Part shown: in pieces, positions 36,774 through 46,880 of the stretch
How positions within the stretch are numbered: the first letter of the stretch is position 1
Layout of the letters: every line of letters starts with the position of its first letter
Sequence record: SRR20825006_252
Direction: 5' to 3' (one strand)
DNA length: 50,381 bases
Position numbers and translations under genes: made by a program
Notes under the pieces: model-generated
Seen by the model: only the letters and a program-made list of their open reading frames with translations
Database searches by the model: none
What the model was told of the DNA's origin: nothing

Positions 36774-37601
36774 TCAGCCAGCCTGACGGGTTTCGGTTTC
36801 TGCGGGCAGGGCCCGGTTGCGGTTGAAAAAGAAAGACGCCTCTGCCGCCCCGCCAATTTCATCGGCGGCTTCGCGCAGAAGCGGGTGGAATTGGTCCATC
36901 AATTCGGGTGTCACACGCACACCCGGACCGGCGATGGACAGACAGCCGATCACAGCATGGTCTTCGCTGCGAAAAATGGGAACAGCCATCGCCGCCATCC
37001 CGGCATGATAGCTGTCGGACATGGTGGCATAGCCGCGTTTGCGGGTGTCAGCCAGAGAGGCCAGCACCTCTGGAATCGAGGTAGGCGCGCCCGGCCCCAT
37101 GGCAAAATCCGCCCGCAGCCCTTGCGCACCAATTTTCTCAAGCGCTTGCTCATCCGTCAGTGTTGACAGCCAGGCATGTCCACCCGCCGAGCCGGCCAAA
37201 TGCACCTTGATCCCCTGTTCACGACCGGGGTCATAGCGCAGGCCCGCAACCGCGCCCTGCGCCACGCCGACCCAGACAAGATCCTCGCCATCAATCACGG
37301 ACAGGCGAACGAGTTCGCGCGAGTCCGCCGCCAAGCGATCGAGGATGGGCTGCGCAATGTCGGGCACGCCGGTGCGGGCCAAAAACGCCAACCCGATGCC
37401 TGCGAGTTTGATGGTGAGAGCGTAATCGCCTTGGTTCCTGAGTTGTCGCACATAGCCGTATTGCGACAGTTCTTTGAGCAATCGATGCGCTGCCGAGGCG
37501 GGCATATCCAGCTCGCTCGCGATCGCGCTCACTTGAACGCCTTCGGGATGTTTCCCAAGAAGTTCAAGGATCGAAAGGGTTCTCTCCATCACACCGGACA
37601 T
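36774..37601 (-). CDS. IclR-family transcriptional regulator
   Basis: ERTLSILELL...IASELDMPASAAHRLL..L...GYV; C-terminal RKRGYA...AMAVPI...CLSIAGP. Confidence 0.92.
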   Translation of the reverse strand: MSGVMERTLSILELLGKHPEGVQVSAIASELDMPASAAHRLLKELSQYGYVRQLRNQGDYALTIKLAGIGLAFLARTGVPDIAQPILDRLAADSRELVRLSVIDGEDLVWVGVAQGAVAGLRYDPGREQGIKVHLAGSAGGHAWLSTLTDEQALEKIGAQGLRADFAMGPGAPTSIPEVLASLADTRKRGYATMSDSYHAGMAAMAVPIFRSEDHAVIGCLSIAGPGVRVTPELMDQFHPLLREAADEIGGAAEASFFFNRNRALPAETETRQAG

Positions 37602-37604
37602 CGC

Positions 37605-38687
37605 TTACTCCATCATCGCTTTTGGCTTTGGCGACGTGTTTATCCTGTGTGTGCCAAGCGGAACAGGGCGTCTTTGTGTGATGGACCCACGGATCGCCTC
37701 GATCACCGCTATGTTGCGTGCGCCATCGGACAAGGTGATGCGAGGGGTTTCATTGCCTTTGATCACGGCAGCAAAATGGCGGATTTGTTCGATATAGCTG
37801 TCGGTCGCGACCCGATCGAGCAGCCGATTGACCTGAGGCACAGTCCAATCGCGGGGACCCTCATGGGTCCAGAACGACAGATCCGGCAGGCTCATCCCGG
37901 CCTGTGTCCCGGCAAACATATGCGAGACGGCGGGCATCGCCGGAAACCGCGCCGGATTTTCGCCCGCGGTCGTGTCCCAGCACCACGGCCCGACGCCCGC
38001 ATCGGTCAGCGCAATGGTGATCAACCCGCCGGTTTCAAGGCGCAGGATCACTGCGGCGGTGTCTTCGACGTCAAAGCCGCGTTGACTGTTTGAGGTGAGG
38101 GCCGTGACCTCTGTGATTTCGCCAAACAAATGCCGCACGAGGTCGATTTCATGGATCAAATTGATCAGGATCGGCCCACCTGCGCCCGGTTCGCGCCGCC
38201 AGGCAACGTCGAAATAGCGGGCATCCTTGTAGAGCGTGGCGGAGATTGTGCCGCTGACCAATGTGCCGAAACGGCCCTCGGTGATGGCCGTTTTAGCGGC
38301 TTGAACGATCGGGTTGTGGCGACGGTGGTGACCGACAAGCCCCGGCACCCCTGTGCGATCTGACAGGGCCACCAAAGCCGCGCAGCTATTGGCCGTGTCG
38401 CCCAAGGGTTTTTCGACCAGCACAGGAAGGTCCGCACGGATCAATGTCATCGCCTGCGGCACATGAAGCGCATTTGGCGTGGCAATAATCACTCCGTCTG
38501 GGTGCAGCCCAATCAGGGCTGCAAGTGTTTCCAGATGGGGGCACTCCAAGTCTTTGGCGAGGGATTTGCCCGACTCAAACGGATCGACAATGGCGACAAG
38601 ATCGCTGCCGGGACAGGCGCGGATCGCATCGGCATGGGTGCGCCCAATGATGCCGCCCCCAACAATGGCCAATCGTGTCTGTGTCAT
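37605..38687 (-). CDS. Gfo/Idh/MocA-family NAD(P)-dependent oxidoreductase
   Basis: AIVGGGIIG, ATPNALH, VEKP, VGHHRRHNP, NLIHEID. Confidence 0.92.
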   Translation of the reverse strand: MTQTRLAIVGGGIIGRTHADAIRACPGSDLVAIVDPFESGKSLAKDLECPHLETLAALIGLHPDGVIIATPNALHVPQAMTLIRADLPVLVEKPLGDTANSCAALVALSDRTGVPGLVGHHRRHNPIVQAAKTAITEGRFGTLVSGTISATLYKDARYFDVAWRREPGAGGPILINLIHEIDLVRHLFGEITEVTALTSNSQRGFDVEDTAAVILRLETGGLITIALTDAGVGPWCWDTTAGENPARFPAMPAVSHMFAGTQAGMSLPDLSFWTHEGPRDWTVPQVNRLLDRVATDSYIEQIRHFAAVIKGNETPRITLSDGARNIAVIEAIRGSITQRRPVPLGTHRINTSPKPKAMME

Positions 38688-38734
38688 GTGGGTCCTCCCT
38701 CAGACAGGTGTTTCGGAGCACCTGTGCTTTCCAC

Positions 38735-38852
38735 AACTATATCAACCAAAGCTTAAAATAAAACAAGATTTAAAAGTTGAAAGAGTTTCTATTTTAAGAC
38801 ATGCTGATGAAAGAATTAGGGCGTTTGGTATAAAAGTCTTGTTAAATAAAAG
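38735..38852. promoter_or_regulatory. AT-rich divergent promoter region with an imperfect palindrome (candidate IclR operator)
   Basis: Sharp A/T enrichment; AAAGTTGAAA-GAG-TTTCTATTTT at 38773-38795. Confidence 0.5.
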
Positions 38853-38876
38853 GCTTGAGCGCTCAGGGAGGACTCT

Positions 38877-40625
38877 ATGCTAAAAGAATCGCGCTCTGGC
38901 GCACAGCTCGAAAATGGCGCCAGCTACGATGTGGTCGTTCTTGGGGCGGGGGCGGCAGGCCTGTCTGCCGCCGTGTTTGCGGCTCTTGAAGGCGTGCGCG
39001 TTTTGCTGGTGGAACGCACAGAATTCCTTGGAGGCACCTCGGCTTTGTCGGCGGCAACCACATGGGTGCCAAACACCCGGTTTCGTGATGAGTTGGGGGC
39101 GAAAGACAGCGAAGAGTCTGTTCTGGCGTTTCTGGATCGTGCCGTTGGGAACCGCGCGCCGCGTGCCCTGCGCGAGGCCTTTGTCAAACGCGGCCCCGGC
39201 GCGATCCATCGCCTTGAAGATGAGACAAACGTCCGGTTCCGGGGTCGTCCTTTCCATCCCGACTACTTGTTTGAACTCGAAGGCTCGACCGCCTTTGGTC
39301 GCGCGCTTGAGCCTGTGCCCTTTGACGGCGCGTTGCTGGGCGATGACCTAAAGCTTGTGCGTCCACCGATCCCGGAATTCACTATTTTGGGCGGGATGCA
39401 GATTGACCGTGATGACATCGCGCATTTGCTCAAGATGAAGAAAAGCCTGCGTTCGCTGGCCTATTCGATACGCATCGTCGCACGCTATTATTTGCGCAAA
39501 TGGGCGCATGGTCGCGACACGCGTCTGTTGATGGGCAATGCGTTGATCGGGCGGTTTCTCTATGAGGCGCGCAAGCGTGGGGTTGAGATTGTCACCCAGA
39601 CCAAAACCACAGGATTGACGCCCCTCGGAGAGGGAGCGTATCGGCTTACTTTGGAGCAAGGCGGGCAGTCTTTTGACATCACAGCGACCAAAGGGGTGGT
39701 GCTCGCCTCCGGCGGCTTTGCCCGTCACCCCGTCAAACGTCAGACCATGATGCCCGCGCCGACGCCGCGCGTGTCGCCTGCCGCGCCGGGGCATACGGGT
39801 GAGTTGCATGACATCGTTCTTGGGCTTGGTGCGCATTACTCTAACAGTGCGGCGCAGCCGTGTTACTGGGCGCCGGTGTCGATCCGCAAACGGGCGGACG
39901 GCACAGAGGCCGCGTTTCCACATTTCGTGTTGGACCGTTCGAAGCCGGGGATCATTTCGGTTGGGCGCGACGGCAAGCGGTTCGTCAATGAAAGCCGCAG
40001 CTATCATGAATTCGTCTCCGCCATGTATGCGGCCGACAAGGACGGGTCGCATATTCCGACGTTCCTTATTGCCGACGCGGCAGCGGCGCGTAAATACGGC
40101 ATGGGCATGATCCATCCGGGGACCAGGGATTTTGGACCGTTCATCGCCGAAGGCTATCTGACCGAGGGGCGTGATCTGACTGATCTTGCCGCGCAACTTG
40201 GCATTGATGGCACAAACTTAGGCGCCACCGTGGCGCGGTTTAATGAGTTGGCAAAGCAGGGCGTCGATCAGGATTTTCACCGCGGTGAAACCGTCTATGA
40301 GCGCGCCAATGGCGATGCCACGCATGACGGGCCAAACCCAACCCTGCGCCCGCTTGGCACGGGGCCGTATTATGCGGTCAAACTTTATCCGGGCGATATT
40401 GGCGCGGCTCAGGGTCTTGTTACCGATGAAAACGCCCGTTTGCTGACGGAAAATGGCGCCGTAATCGACGGGCTTTATGCCGCCGGGGCGGACATGAATT
40501 CGGTCATGGGCGGGGTCTATCCCGGCCCCGGCATCACCATTGGTCCGGGCATCGTTTTTGGCTCGATCGCGGCGACCCATGCCGCGCAGCGCAAGACCGC
40601 CCACACAGATCGGATGGCATCATGA
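38877..40625 (+). CDS. FAD-dependent oxidoreductase, KstD-like (paralogue 2)
   Basis: DVVVLGAGAAG, GGTSALS, HPDY, GVVLASGG, RFVNESRSY, YPGPGITIGPG. Confidence 0.9.
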   Translation: MLKESRSGAQLENGASYDVVVLGAGAAGLSAAVFAALEGVRVLLVERTEFLGGTSALSAATTWVPNTRFRDELGAKDSEESVLAFLDRAVGNRAPRALREAFVKRGPGAIHRLEDETNVRFRGRPFHPDYLFELEGSTAFGRALEPVPFDGALLGDDLKLVRPPIPEFTILGGMQIDRDDIAHLLKMKKSLRSLAYSIRIVARYYLRKWAHGRDTRLLMGNALIGRFLYEARKRGVEIVTQTKTTGLTPLGEGAYRLTLEQGGQSFDITATKGVVLASGGFARHPVKRQTMMPAPTPRVSPAAPGHTGELHDIVLGLGAHYSNSAAQPCYWAPVSIRKRADGTEAAFPHFVLDRSKPGIISVGRDGKRFVNESRSYHEFVSAMYAADKDGSHIPTFLIADAAAARKYGMGMIHPGTRDFGPFIAEGYLTEGRDLTDLAAQLGIDGTNLGATVARFNELAKQGVDQDFHRGETVYERANGDATHDGPNPTLRPLGTGPYYAVKLYPGDIGAAQGLVTDENARLLTENGAVIDGLYAAGADMNSVMGGVYPGPGITIGPGIVFGSIAATHAAQRKTAHTDRMAS

Positions 40626-41554
40626 GCCGCTGGCAAGACAAGCCAGTTTTGGTGACTGGCGGGACCGGATTTCTTGGGGCTTTCGTCGCGCGAGACCTCG
40701 TGGCCCAGGGGTTGCGCCCGCGGGTGTTTGATCGACATCCCAACGCCGAGACGCTTGATTTCGTGCGGGGGGGCCTGTCGCAGAGCTGTGAGATCGTTGC
40801 GGGGGATGTGACCCGGCGCGAGGATGTGGCACGGGGGATGGAAGGCTGTGGTGCTGTTGTCCATCTCGCCGGGCTGATGACCGTCGATTGCAAGGCCGAT
40901 CCGCTGCGCGCCGCTCAGGTGAATCTCATCGGCAGTCAGACGGTGATGGATTTGGCGATCAAGAATGGCGTGGAGAGATTGGCCTACGCGTCGAGTTCGG
41001 CGGTTTATGGATCGGGGGAGGGCATCTTGCCAAATCCCGAAACGCTTTATGGCGTGCACAAACTGGCGATTGAGGGCATGGCGCGCTATGCGTGGCTGGA
41101 TCACGGCCTGCCAAGCGTCGGATTTCGCCCCTATATCGTCTATGGCCCCGGTGTGAGCAGGGGCATAGCAGCCGGGCCGTCGATTGCATTGCGGGCGGCT
41201 GCCCTTGGACAATCTGCCACAATTCATTTTTCCGGTCCCGTGGGATTTGTCCATGTCTCAGACGTTGCACGGGCCTTTGTGGCCGGGCTTTTTGACGCTT
41301 GGGAGGGGGCACAGATCTACGACCTGCATGGGGTCTCGGCCACGGTTGATGACTTTATCTCAGCGCTCAAGCGGGCGGTGCCGGATGCCACGGTTTCGGG
41401 CGAGGGGCCAAGGCTGAAAACGCCGGTATTGCTCCAAGGTGGGGGGCATTCTGATTGGTTCGATGCGCTGCCTGTAACCTCTTTGGAGGAGGGGGTTGCC
41501 GCTACTTTGACCCATTGGCGCATGACTTCTGACATACAGGCCACATGTCTGTGA
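40622..41554 (+). CDS. NAD-dependent epimerase/dehydratase (extended SDR)
   Basis: VLVTGGTGFLG, VVHLAG, ASSSAVYG, YGVHK, VYGPG; ATGA-coupled to the upstream flavoprotein. Confidence 0.9.
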   Translation: MSRWQDKPVLVTGGTGFLGAFVARDLVAQGLRPRVFDRHPNAETLDFVRGGLSQSCEIVAGDVTRREDVARGMEGCGAVVHLAGLMTVDCKADPLRAAQVNLIGSQTVMDLAIKNGVERLAYASSSAVYGSGEGILPNPETLYGVHKLAIEGMARYAWLDHGLPSVGFRPYIVYGPGVSRGIAAGPSIALRAAALGQSATIHFSGPVGFVHVSDVARAFVAGLFDAWEGAQIYDLHGVSATVDDFISALKRAVPDATVSGEGPRLKTPVLLQGGGHSDWFDALPVTSLEEGVAATLTHWRMTSDIQATCL

Positions 41555-41691
41555 GAGGGCGACGACCCCGACTTTGGGGTCTAGCGAATTGTCCAAGTTA
41601 TATGGAGTGCCGTCCATTCTTAAATCGGCAAAGGATTGCAATTTTGAGGGCGAGGTGACGTTGCGTGAGGCGCGTCAGGGAGGAGGATGGG

Positions 41692-42489
41692 ATGGACGTG
41701 ACACTTACGGGGGAGACCGTGTTGTTCCCGATCGCCGGGGATCCGATTGGTCAGGTGAAATCGCCGGGCCTGCTGACGGAAATCCTTGTGGCGCGTGGGA
41801 TCAATGGGCTTGTCATTCCGACGCATGTGACGGCGGCGGCGTATCCGGCCTTTGTGGCGGCGATGAAAACGACACATAATGTGCGCGGCTTGATCGCGAC
41901 CGTGCCCCATAAACAAGCCACGCTCGCGCTGTGCGACCAGCCCTCCGAGCGGGCGCAATTCGCCGGCTCCGTCAACGTGATGCACAAGCGCGAGGACGGC
42001 ACTTGGGAGGGCGACAACACCGATGGCCAGGGCTATCTGAACGGCGTTGCGGCCTGTGGCTATGAGGTTGCGGGCAAACGCGCGCTTTTGGTTGGTGTCG
42101 GCGGCGCGGGCGCCGCGATTGCATATGAAATCCTCGCACGCGGTGCCGCTTATTTGGCGATTCACGAGGCGGATGAGGCGCGCCGAGACGCCGCGATTGC
42201 ACGGCTTGATGCGCGGTTTCCCGGACAGGTGGGGGTCGGATCGTCAGACCCAACGGGGTATGATTTCATCGGCAATGCGACACCCGTGGGGATGCGCGAA
42301 GGCGATCCGCTGCCGATTGAGGCCGACAAATATCAAAGTCATCAATTCGTGGCCGACTGCATCACCAAACCAGAGATCACGCCGCAGCTTGCAATTGCAC
42401 AGGCCAAAGGCTGCGCCACCATGCCCGGGCTTGGCATGTTCAACGCACAAGCGGATCTTTTGGTGAACGCCATGACAGGAACACCATGA
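41692..42489 (+). CDS. Shikimate/quinate dehydrogenase-like protein
   Basis: GDPIGQVKSP, TVPHK, GSVN, GDNTDGQG, GVGGAG, NATPVGM; RBS GGAGGAGG before ATG 41692. Confidence 0.88.
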   Translation: MDVTLTGETVLFPIAGDPIGQVKSPGLLTEILVARGINGLVIPTHVTAAAYPAFVAAMKTTHNVRGLIATVPHKQATLALCDQPSERAQFAGSVNVMHKREDGTWEGDNTDGQGYLNGVAACGYEVAGKRALLVGVGGAGAAIAYEILARGAAYLAIHEADEARRDAAIARLDARFPGQVGVGSSDPTGYDFIGNATPVGMREGDPLPIEADKYQSHQFVADCITKPEITPQLAIAQAKGCATMPGLGMFNAQADLLVNAMTGTP

Positions 42490-42559
42490 CAGCAATGAAA
42501 GCGGGAAAACAAAACACATAGCCCCGTTTCAACGACCAGCATCAATCAGGGAGGATACT

Positions 42560-43687
42560 ATGCTGAAAACGCTTCTGACAGGGACCGCGCTTGCCGCAGG
42601 TCTGGGATGGGCCGCACAGGCGGACACACTTAAAATTGCCAACATCGCCGAACTTTCGGGTGCCGGGGCCGCAGCTGGGTCGGTCTGGGCCGATGGGGTG
42701 CATTTGGCGATTGATGAGATCAACGAGACCGGCGGCATCCTTGAGATGCAGGTCGATATGTCGGAATACGACAGCCAAACCGACCCGCTGCAAAGCCGGG
42801 CCCTGGTGCAAAAAGCCATTGATGAGGGTGCTTTTGCGCTGTTGGGGACGGTGTATTCGTCTTCGACCGTGGTGAACATGTTGGTCGCGCAACAAAACGG
42901 TATTCCGCAATTCACCGGCTCCGAGGCCCCTTCGATCACCCAAAAAGGCAACCCCTATATTTTTCGCACCACCTTTGGCGCGCAAAAGGGCATGCCGAAA
43001 ATCGGCACCTATCTCAAAGACGGTCTGGGGGTGAGCAAAGTGGCCATCGCTTGGGCCAATACGGAATATGGCAAGGGCGGCCATGATGCCTTTGTCGATG
43101 TGGCCAAAGAGATAGGGCTTGAGATCGTGTCTGATGTGCCCTCCGAGCAGGGCCAGGCGGATTTTTCCGCCGATATTCTCAAGATCAAAAACACTGGCGC
43201 TGAAGCCGTGTTTATTTATCTGACCGAAGAGGAAAGCGCGCGGTTTTTGATTGAGGCCAAAAAGCAAGGTCTCAACATTCCGATGGTGGGCGACACGGTT
43301 TTGGCGTCGCAAAAGGTCATCGACCTGTCCGGGGGAGCCGCCGAGGGTGCCTTGGGTCATGTCGCACTTTCGGCGGACGCCCCCGTGCCGCTGTTGCAGG
43401 CGATGAGCGCGAAGTTCACCGAGCGGTTTGGCTATCGCCCCGATCACAACGCGATCAAAGGCTATATCGGTGCCTATGCGATCAAATACGGCACGGAGAT
43501 CGTTGGCGAGGCGGACAGCCAAAAACTGACGGATGCATTGCATGGCACCTGTCTGGATGCGGCCACTTATCCCGGCGTTTTGATGGACATTTGCTGGGAT
43601 GAAACCGGCGAAGTGTCGCGCGAAAGTTTCATGGTTGAAGTCAAAAACGGCGCACAGGACATCACGACCATTCTGCCGCCGAACTGA
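42560..43687 (+). CDS. ABC transporter substrate-binding protein, LivJ/K-like (copy 1)
   Basis: Signal peptide ending AQA; ELSGAGA, AIDEINETGGILE, PYIFRT, ADFSADILKIK. Confidence 0.92.
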   Translation: MLKTLLTGTALAAGLGWAAQADTLKIANIAELSGAGAAAGSVWADGVHLAIDEINETGGILEMQVDMSEYDSQTDPLQSRALVQKAIDEGAFALLGTVYSSSTVVNMLVAQQNGIPQFTGSEAPSITQKGNPYIFRTTFGAQKGMPKIGTYLKDGLGVSKVAIAWANTEYGKGGHDAFVDVAKEIGLEIVSDVPSEQGQADFSADILKIKNTGAEAVFIYLTEEESARFLIEAKKQGLNIPMVGDTVLASQKVIDLSGGAAEGALGHVALSADAPVPLLQAMSAKFTERFGYRPDHNAIKGYIGAYAIKYGTEIVGEADSQKLTDALHGTCLDAATYPGVLMDICWDETGEVSRESFMVEVKNGAQDITTILPPN

Positions 43688-43700
43688 GACAGGCCACCCG

Positions 43701-43729
43701 CCCCGCGCCTCATATGACGGGGCGCGGGG
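43701..43729 (+). other. Stem-loop after binding-protein copy 1
   Basis: CCCCGCGCCTC-ATATGAC-GGGGCGCGGGG. Confidence 0.55.
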
Positions 43730-43816
43730 TGATCCGGCAAAGGCGCGCTATGACGCCAGCCGATTGCACAGCTCTGATGATCCAAATCATCAGGGGAACA
43801 CATGGGAGGAATGGAT

Positions 43817-44947
43817 ATGAAACGTAGAGTTTTTACGGGTGTGAGCCTGAGCGTCATGATGATGGCGATGTCCGCGCATGCTGAGATGGTGAAAATCGCT
43901 AATATTGCGGAACTGTCGGGACCTGGGGCTGCCGCAGGGTCGGTGTGGTCCGACGGCGTCGATCTTGCGATTGATGAGATCAATGCACAGGGTGGAATCC
44001 TCGGGATGCAGGTTGATATGTCAAAATACGACACACAAACCGACCCACAGGTGAGCCGCGCCTTGGTGCAAAAGGCCATTGATGAGGGCGCATTTGCGCT
44101 TTTGGGGACGGTGTATTCCTCTTCGACCGTGGTCAATATGTTGGTCGCCCAGCAAAACGGCATCCCACAATTCACCGCCTCCGAGGCCCCGTCGATCACG
44201 CAAAAGGGCAACCCCTATATTTTCCGCACCAATTGGGGTGCGCAAAAGGGCATGCCCAAAATCGCGACCTATCTCAAGGATCAGCTTGGGGTGAGCAAAG
44301 TGGCCGTCGCTTGGGCCAATACGGAATTTGGCAAAGGCGGCCATGACAGTTTCGTTGAAAACGTCAAAGCGGTCGGTTTGGACGTTGTGGCGGATGTGCC
44401 CTCTGAACAGGGCCAAGCGGATTTTTCCGCCGATGTTTTGAAGATCAAAAACTCCGGCGCTGAGGCGGTTTTCATCTACCTCACCCAAGAAGAAGCAGCA
44501 CGGTTCCTGATGGAAGCTGTCAAACAGGGTCTCGACATTCCGCGCATTGGCGACAGTGTTTTGACCTCTGAGAAGGTCATTGATCTTGCGGGTCCGGCGG
44601 CCAATGGCGCCAAAAGCCATGCCGCCCTCACCATCGCCGCCTCTGATCCTTTGGTGCAAGAGTTCGCGGCAAAGTTTTCTAAGCGCTTCGGTTATAGCCC
44701 CGATTACAACGGGATGAAGGGCTATATCGGGGCGTATACGATCAAATATGGCACGGAAATGGTCGGCGAAGTGAACAGTCAAAAACTCGCCGATGTTGTG
44801 CACGGGCTGTGTCTTGATGCCAAGACCTACCCTGGCGTTTTGATCGACATGTGCTGGGACGACGTCGGTGAAGTGTCGCGCCAAAGCTACATGGTGGAAG
44901 TCAAGGGCGGCCGTGAAACGGTCTCCGAGGTCCTCCCCGCCAACTGA
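43817..44947 (+). CDS. ABC transporter substrate-binding protein, LivJ/K-like (copy 2)
   Basis: Signal peptide ending AHA; close paralogue of copy 1; RBS GGGAGGA before ATG 43817. Confidence 0.92.
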   Translation: MKRRVFTGVSLSVMMMAMSAHAEMVKIANIAELSGPGAAAGSVWSDGVDLAIDEINAQGGILGMQVDMSKYDTQTDPQVSRALVQKAIDEGAFALLGTVYSSSTVVNMLVAQQNGIPQFTASEAPSITQKGNPYIFRTNWGAQKGMPKIATYLKDQLGVSKVAVAWANTEFGKGGHDSFVENVKAVGLDVVADVPSEQGQADFSADVLKIKNSGAEAVFIYLTQEEAARFLMEAVKQGLDIPRIGDSVLTSEKVIDLAGPAANGAKSHAALTIAASDPLVQEFAAKFSKRFGYSPDYNGMKGYIGAYTIKYGTEMVGEVNSQKLADVVHGLCLDAKTYPGVLIDMCWDDVGEVSRQSYMVEVKGGRETVSEVLPAN

Positions 44948-44976
44948 GGTTCGCAACGCATGCGGCACCGCTCCGC

Positions 44977-45008
44977 GACCTCTGTTCCATCGGAGCAGAG
45001 GGTCTTTT
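44977..45008 (+). terminator. Hairpin with U-tract between the binding-protein and permease genes
   Basis: GACCTCTGTTCC-ATC-GGAGCAGAGGGTC-TTTT; typical partial terminator or stabiliser that raises binding-protein output over permease output. Confidence 0.55.
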
Positions 45009-45027
45009 AACACTAAAACGGGAAGGA

Positions 45028-45912
45028 ATGGCGATGGCCGAACTCCTGCAAATCCTCATATCGGGCCTGTCGTCCGGTGCGATTTATGCCTTGGCCGCCG
45101 TGGGGTTCACCCTGTTGTGGCAGGCCTCGCAAACCATCAACTTCGCGCAGGGCGAATTTGTCATGTTGCCTGCCTTTTTCGTGTTGGCGGGGATGACTTT
45201 GTTTGGACTGCCGCTTTGGGCGGCCATCCTGACCGCCTTTGTGCTGTCGATCGTGATCCTTGGCGCGATGTTCAAAAAGCTGGTGGTAGAGCCGATGCTG
45301 CCGCATGGCACGATGCCTTTGGTGATCGCCACCATTGCACTGGGGCTTTTGATGAAAGAAAGCGTCAAGGAATTTTATTCCGCCCAAGGTCAGCCCTTTC
45401 CATCGCTGTTTCCGCAGCATGTGATGAATGTCTTTGGCGCGTCGGTGTCGGTTCAGGATCTCTGTAACCTTGCCGTGGCCTTTGCCGCGATCATCGCTTT
45501 GCAATTGTTTTTGCAACGCACCCGGACGGGTCGCGCCATGCAAGCCACCGCGCAAGATCCGCGCGTGGCCGAAATCCTTGGCGTCGATGTGAAACGGATG
45601 GTGATGTACACGTTTTTGATCAACGGTGCCTTGGCCGCCATCGCATCGATCCTGATTTCGCCGGTCTATCTGGCCAAATTCTCCAACGGGGAAACGCTTG
45701 GTATGATTGCCTTTATCGCGGCCATCGTCGGCGGGTTTAACCAAATCCGAGGCGCGCTGGTCGGCGGGCTTTTGATTGGCGTTCTGGACAATCTTGCCGC
45801 GGTTTACATCTCTGCCGAATATCGCACGGCAATCCCGCTTATCCTGCTCATCGTCATCATCATGGTGCGCCCACAAGGCATCATGGGCACGTCCGAAGGG
45901 AGGACCGTATGA
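45028..45912 (+). CDS. Branched-chain amino acid-type ABC permease (LivH-like)
   Basis: GAIYALAAVGFTL, INFAQGE, RTRTGRAMQA, AAIVGG, RPQG; alternative start at 45034. Confidence 0.92.
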   Translation: MAMAELLQILISGLSSGAIYALAAVGFTLLWQASQTINFAQGEFVMLPAFFVLAGMTLFGLPLWAAILTAFVLSIVILGAMFKKLVVEPMLPHGTMPLVIATIALGLLMKESVKEFYSAQGQPFPSLFPQHVMNVFGASVSVQDLCNLAVAFAAIIALQLFLQRTRTGRAMQATAQDPRVAEILGVDVKRMVMYTFLINGALAAIASILISPVYLAKFSNGETLGMIAFIAAIVGGFNQIRGALVGGLLIGVLDNLAAVYISAEYRTAIPLILLIVIIMVRPQGIMGTSEGRTV

Positions 45913-46880
45913 CCGCTTTCCGCATTCTTTTCCTGATCACTTTTAGTGTGGCTCTCCTGTTCGCACCGATCGGGCAGAGCAACTACATCATCTATATCCT
46001 GTGTTCCTGGCTGATCTTTTCGATCTCCGCCATGGGGCTGAATCTGACGCTCGGATACGCCGGCCAAATCAGTTTGGCGCAGGCCGCATTCATGGGGATC
46101 GGGGCCTATGTCACGGCACTTTTGACCATGGCGGGCATACATTGGCTCGTCGCGGTGTTTTGCTCGATCTCCGCGACCTTCTTGATCGGTCTGGCTTTGG
46201 GCTACCCGGCGCTTCGGGTCCAACACCATTTTCTGGCCTTCGTCACACTTGCCTTCAATGCGCTCGTCTTTCTGGTCTTGCGCAACGAGGAATGGCTTAC
46301 AGGCGGCTCGCTGGGCCTTGTCGGCATCCCGCGCCCGGTGTTCGGCCCTTTCGACACCATGAAGCAACTGCCGTTCTATTACTTTACGGTTGTGTGTTTC
46401 CTGGTGACGGCGGGCGCGATGGCATGGATGTTGCATTCGCCTTGGGGTCGCGCGTTCAAAGCGCTGCGCGAAAATCCGATCCGGGCTAATTCCTTGGGTC
46501 TCAACACAACCCGCATGACGCTTTTGGCCTTTGCCATCGGTTCGTCCATGGCCGGTCTGGCCGGTGCGCTGCAAGCGCCCTTGGTGCAGTTCATCGAACC
46601 CGGCTCGTTCACGTTGATCCTGTCGCTTAAAATCCTGCTCATGGTAATTGTCGGCGGCTCTGGTTATTTCTTCGGTCCCATTCTTGGCGCGGCTCTTGTC
46701 GTGCTGTTGCCGGAAATGCTGCGCTTTACCGATGGCTATTACCTCATCATCTACGCGCTTCTGGTGCTTGTGGTCATGATCTTCTCACCGCAGGGGCTTT
46801 TAGGGCTTGGGCGTAAACTCCTGATCGCGATGAAACCTCGCAAAGAGCGCGGCGATCTCAAACAGGGAGCACAGTTGTGA
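45909..46880 (+). CDS. Branched-chain amino acid-type ABC permease (LivM-like)
   Basis: GLNLTLGYAGQISLAQAAF, SPWGRAFKALREN, MVIVGG, PQG. Confidence 0.92.
   Translation: MTAFRILFLITFSVALLFAPIGQSNYIIYILCSWLIFSISAMGLNLTLGYAGQISLAQAAFMGIGAYVTALLTMAGIHWLVAVFCSISATFLIGLALGYPALRVQHHFLAFVTLAFNALVFLVLRNEEWLTGGSLGLVGIPRPVFGPFDTMKQLPFYYFTVVCFLVTAGAMAWMLHSPWGRAFKALRENPIRANSLGLNTTRMTLLAFAIGSSMAGLAGALQAPLVQFIEPGSFTLILSLKILLMVIVGGSGYFFGPILGAALVVLLPEMLRFTDGYYLIIYALLVLVVMIFSPQGLLGLGRKLLIAMKPRKERGDLKQGAQL

Larger units (their letters stand above)
42632..44947 (+). repeat. Tandem duplication of the substrate-binding protein gene (about 42632-43687 and 43892-44947)
   Basis: Long identical peptide and nucleotide stretches, e.g. 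SRALVQKAIDEGAFALLGTVYSSSTVVNMLVAQQNGIPQFT and cgatcac(c/g)caaaa(a/g)ggcaacccctatattttt/c. Confidence 0.85.

Noticed and set aside
34958-40625. Steroid degradation (kstD) or succinate dehydrogenase assignment
   Set aside because: No other steroid catabolic genes and no Fe-S or membrane-anchor subunits in the window.
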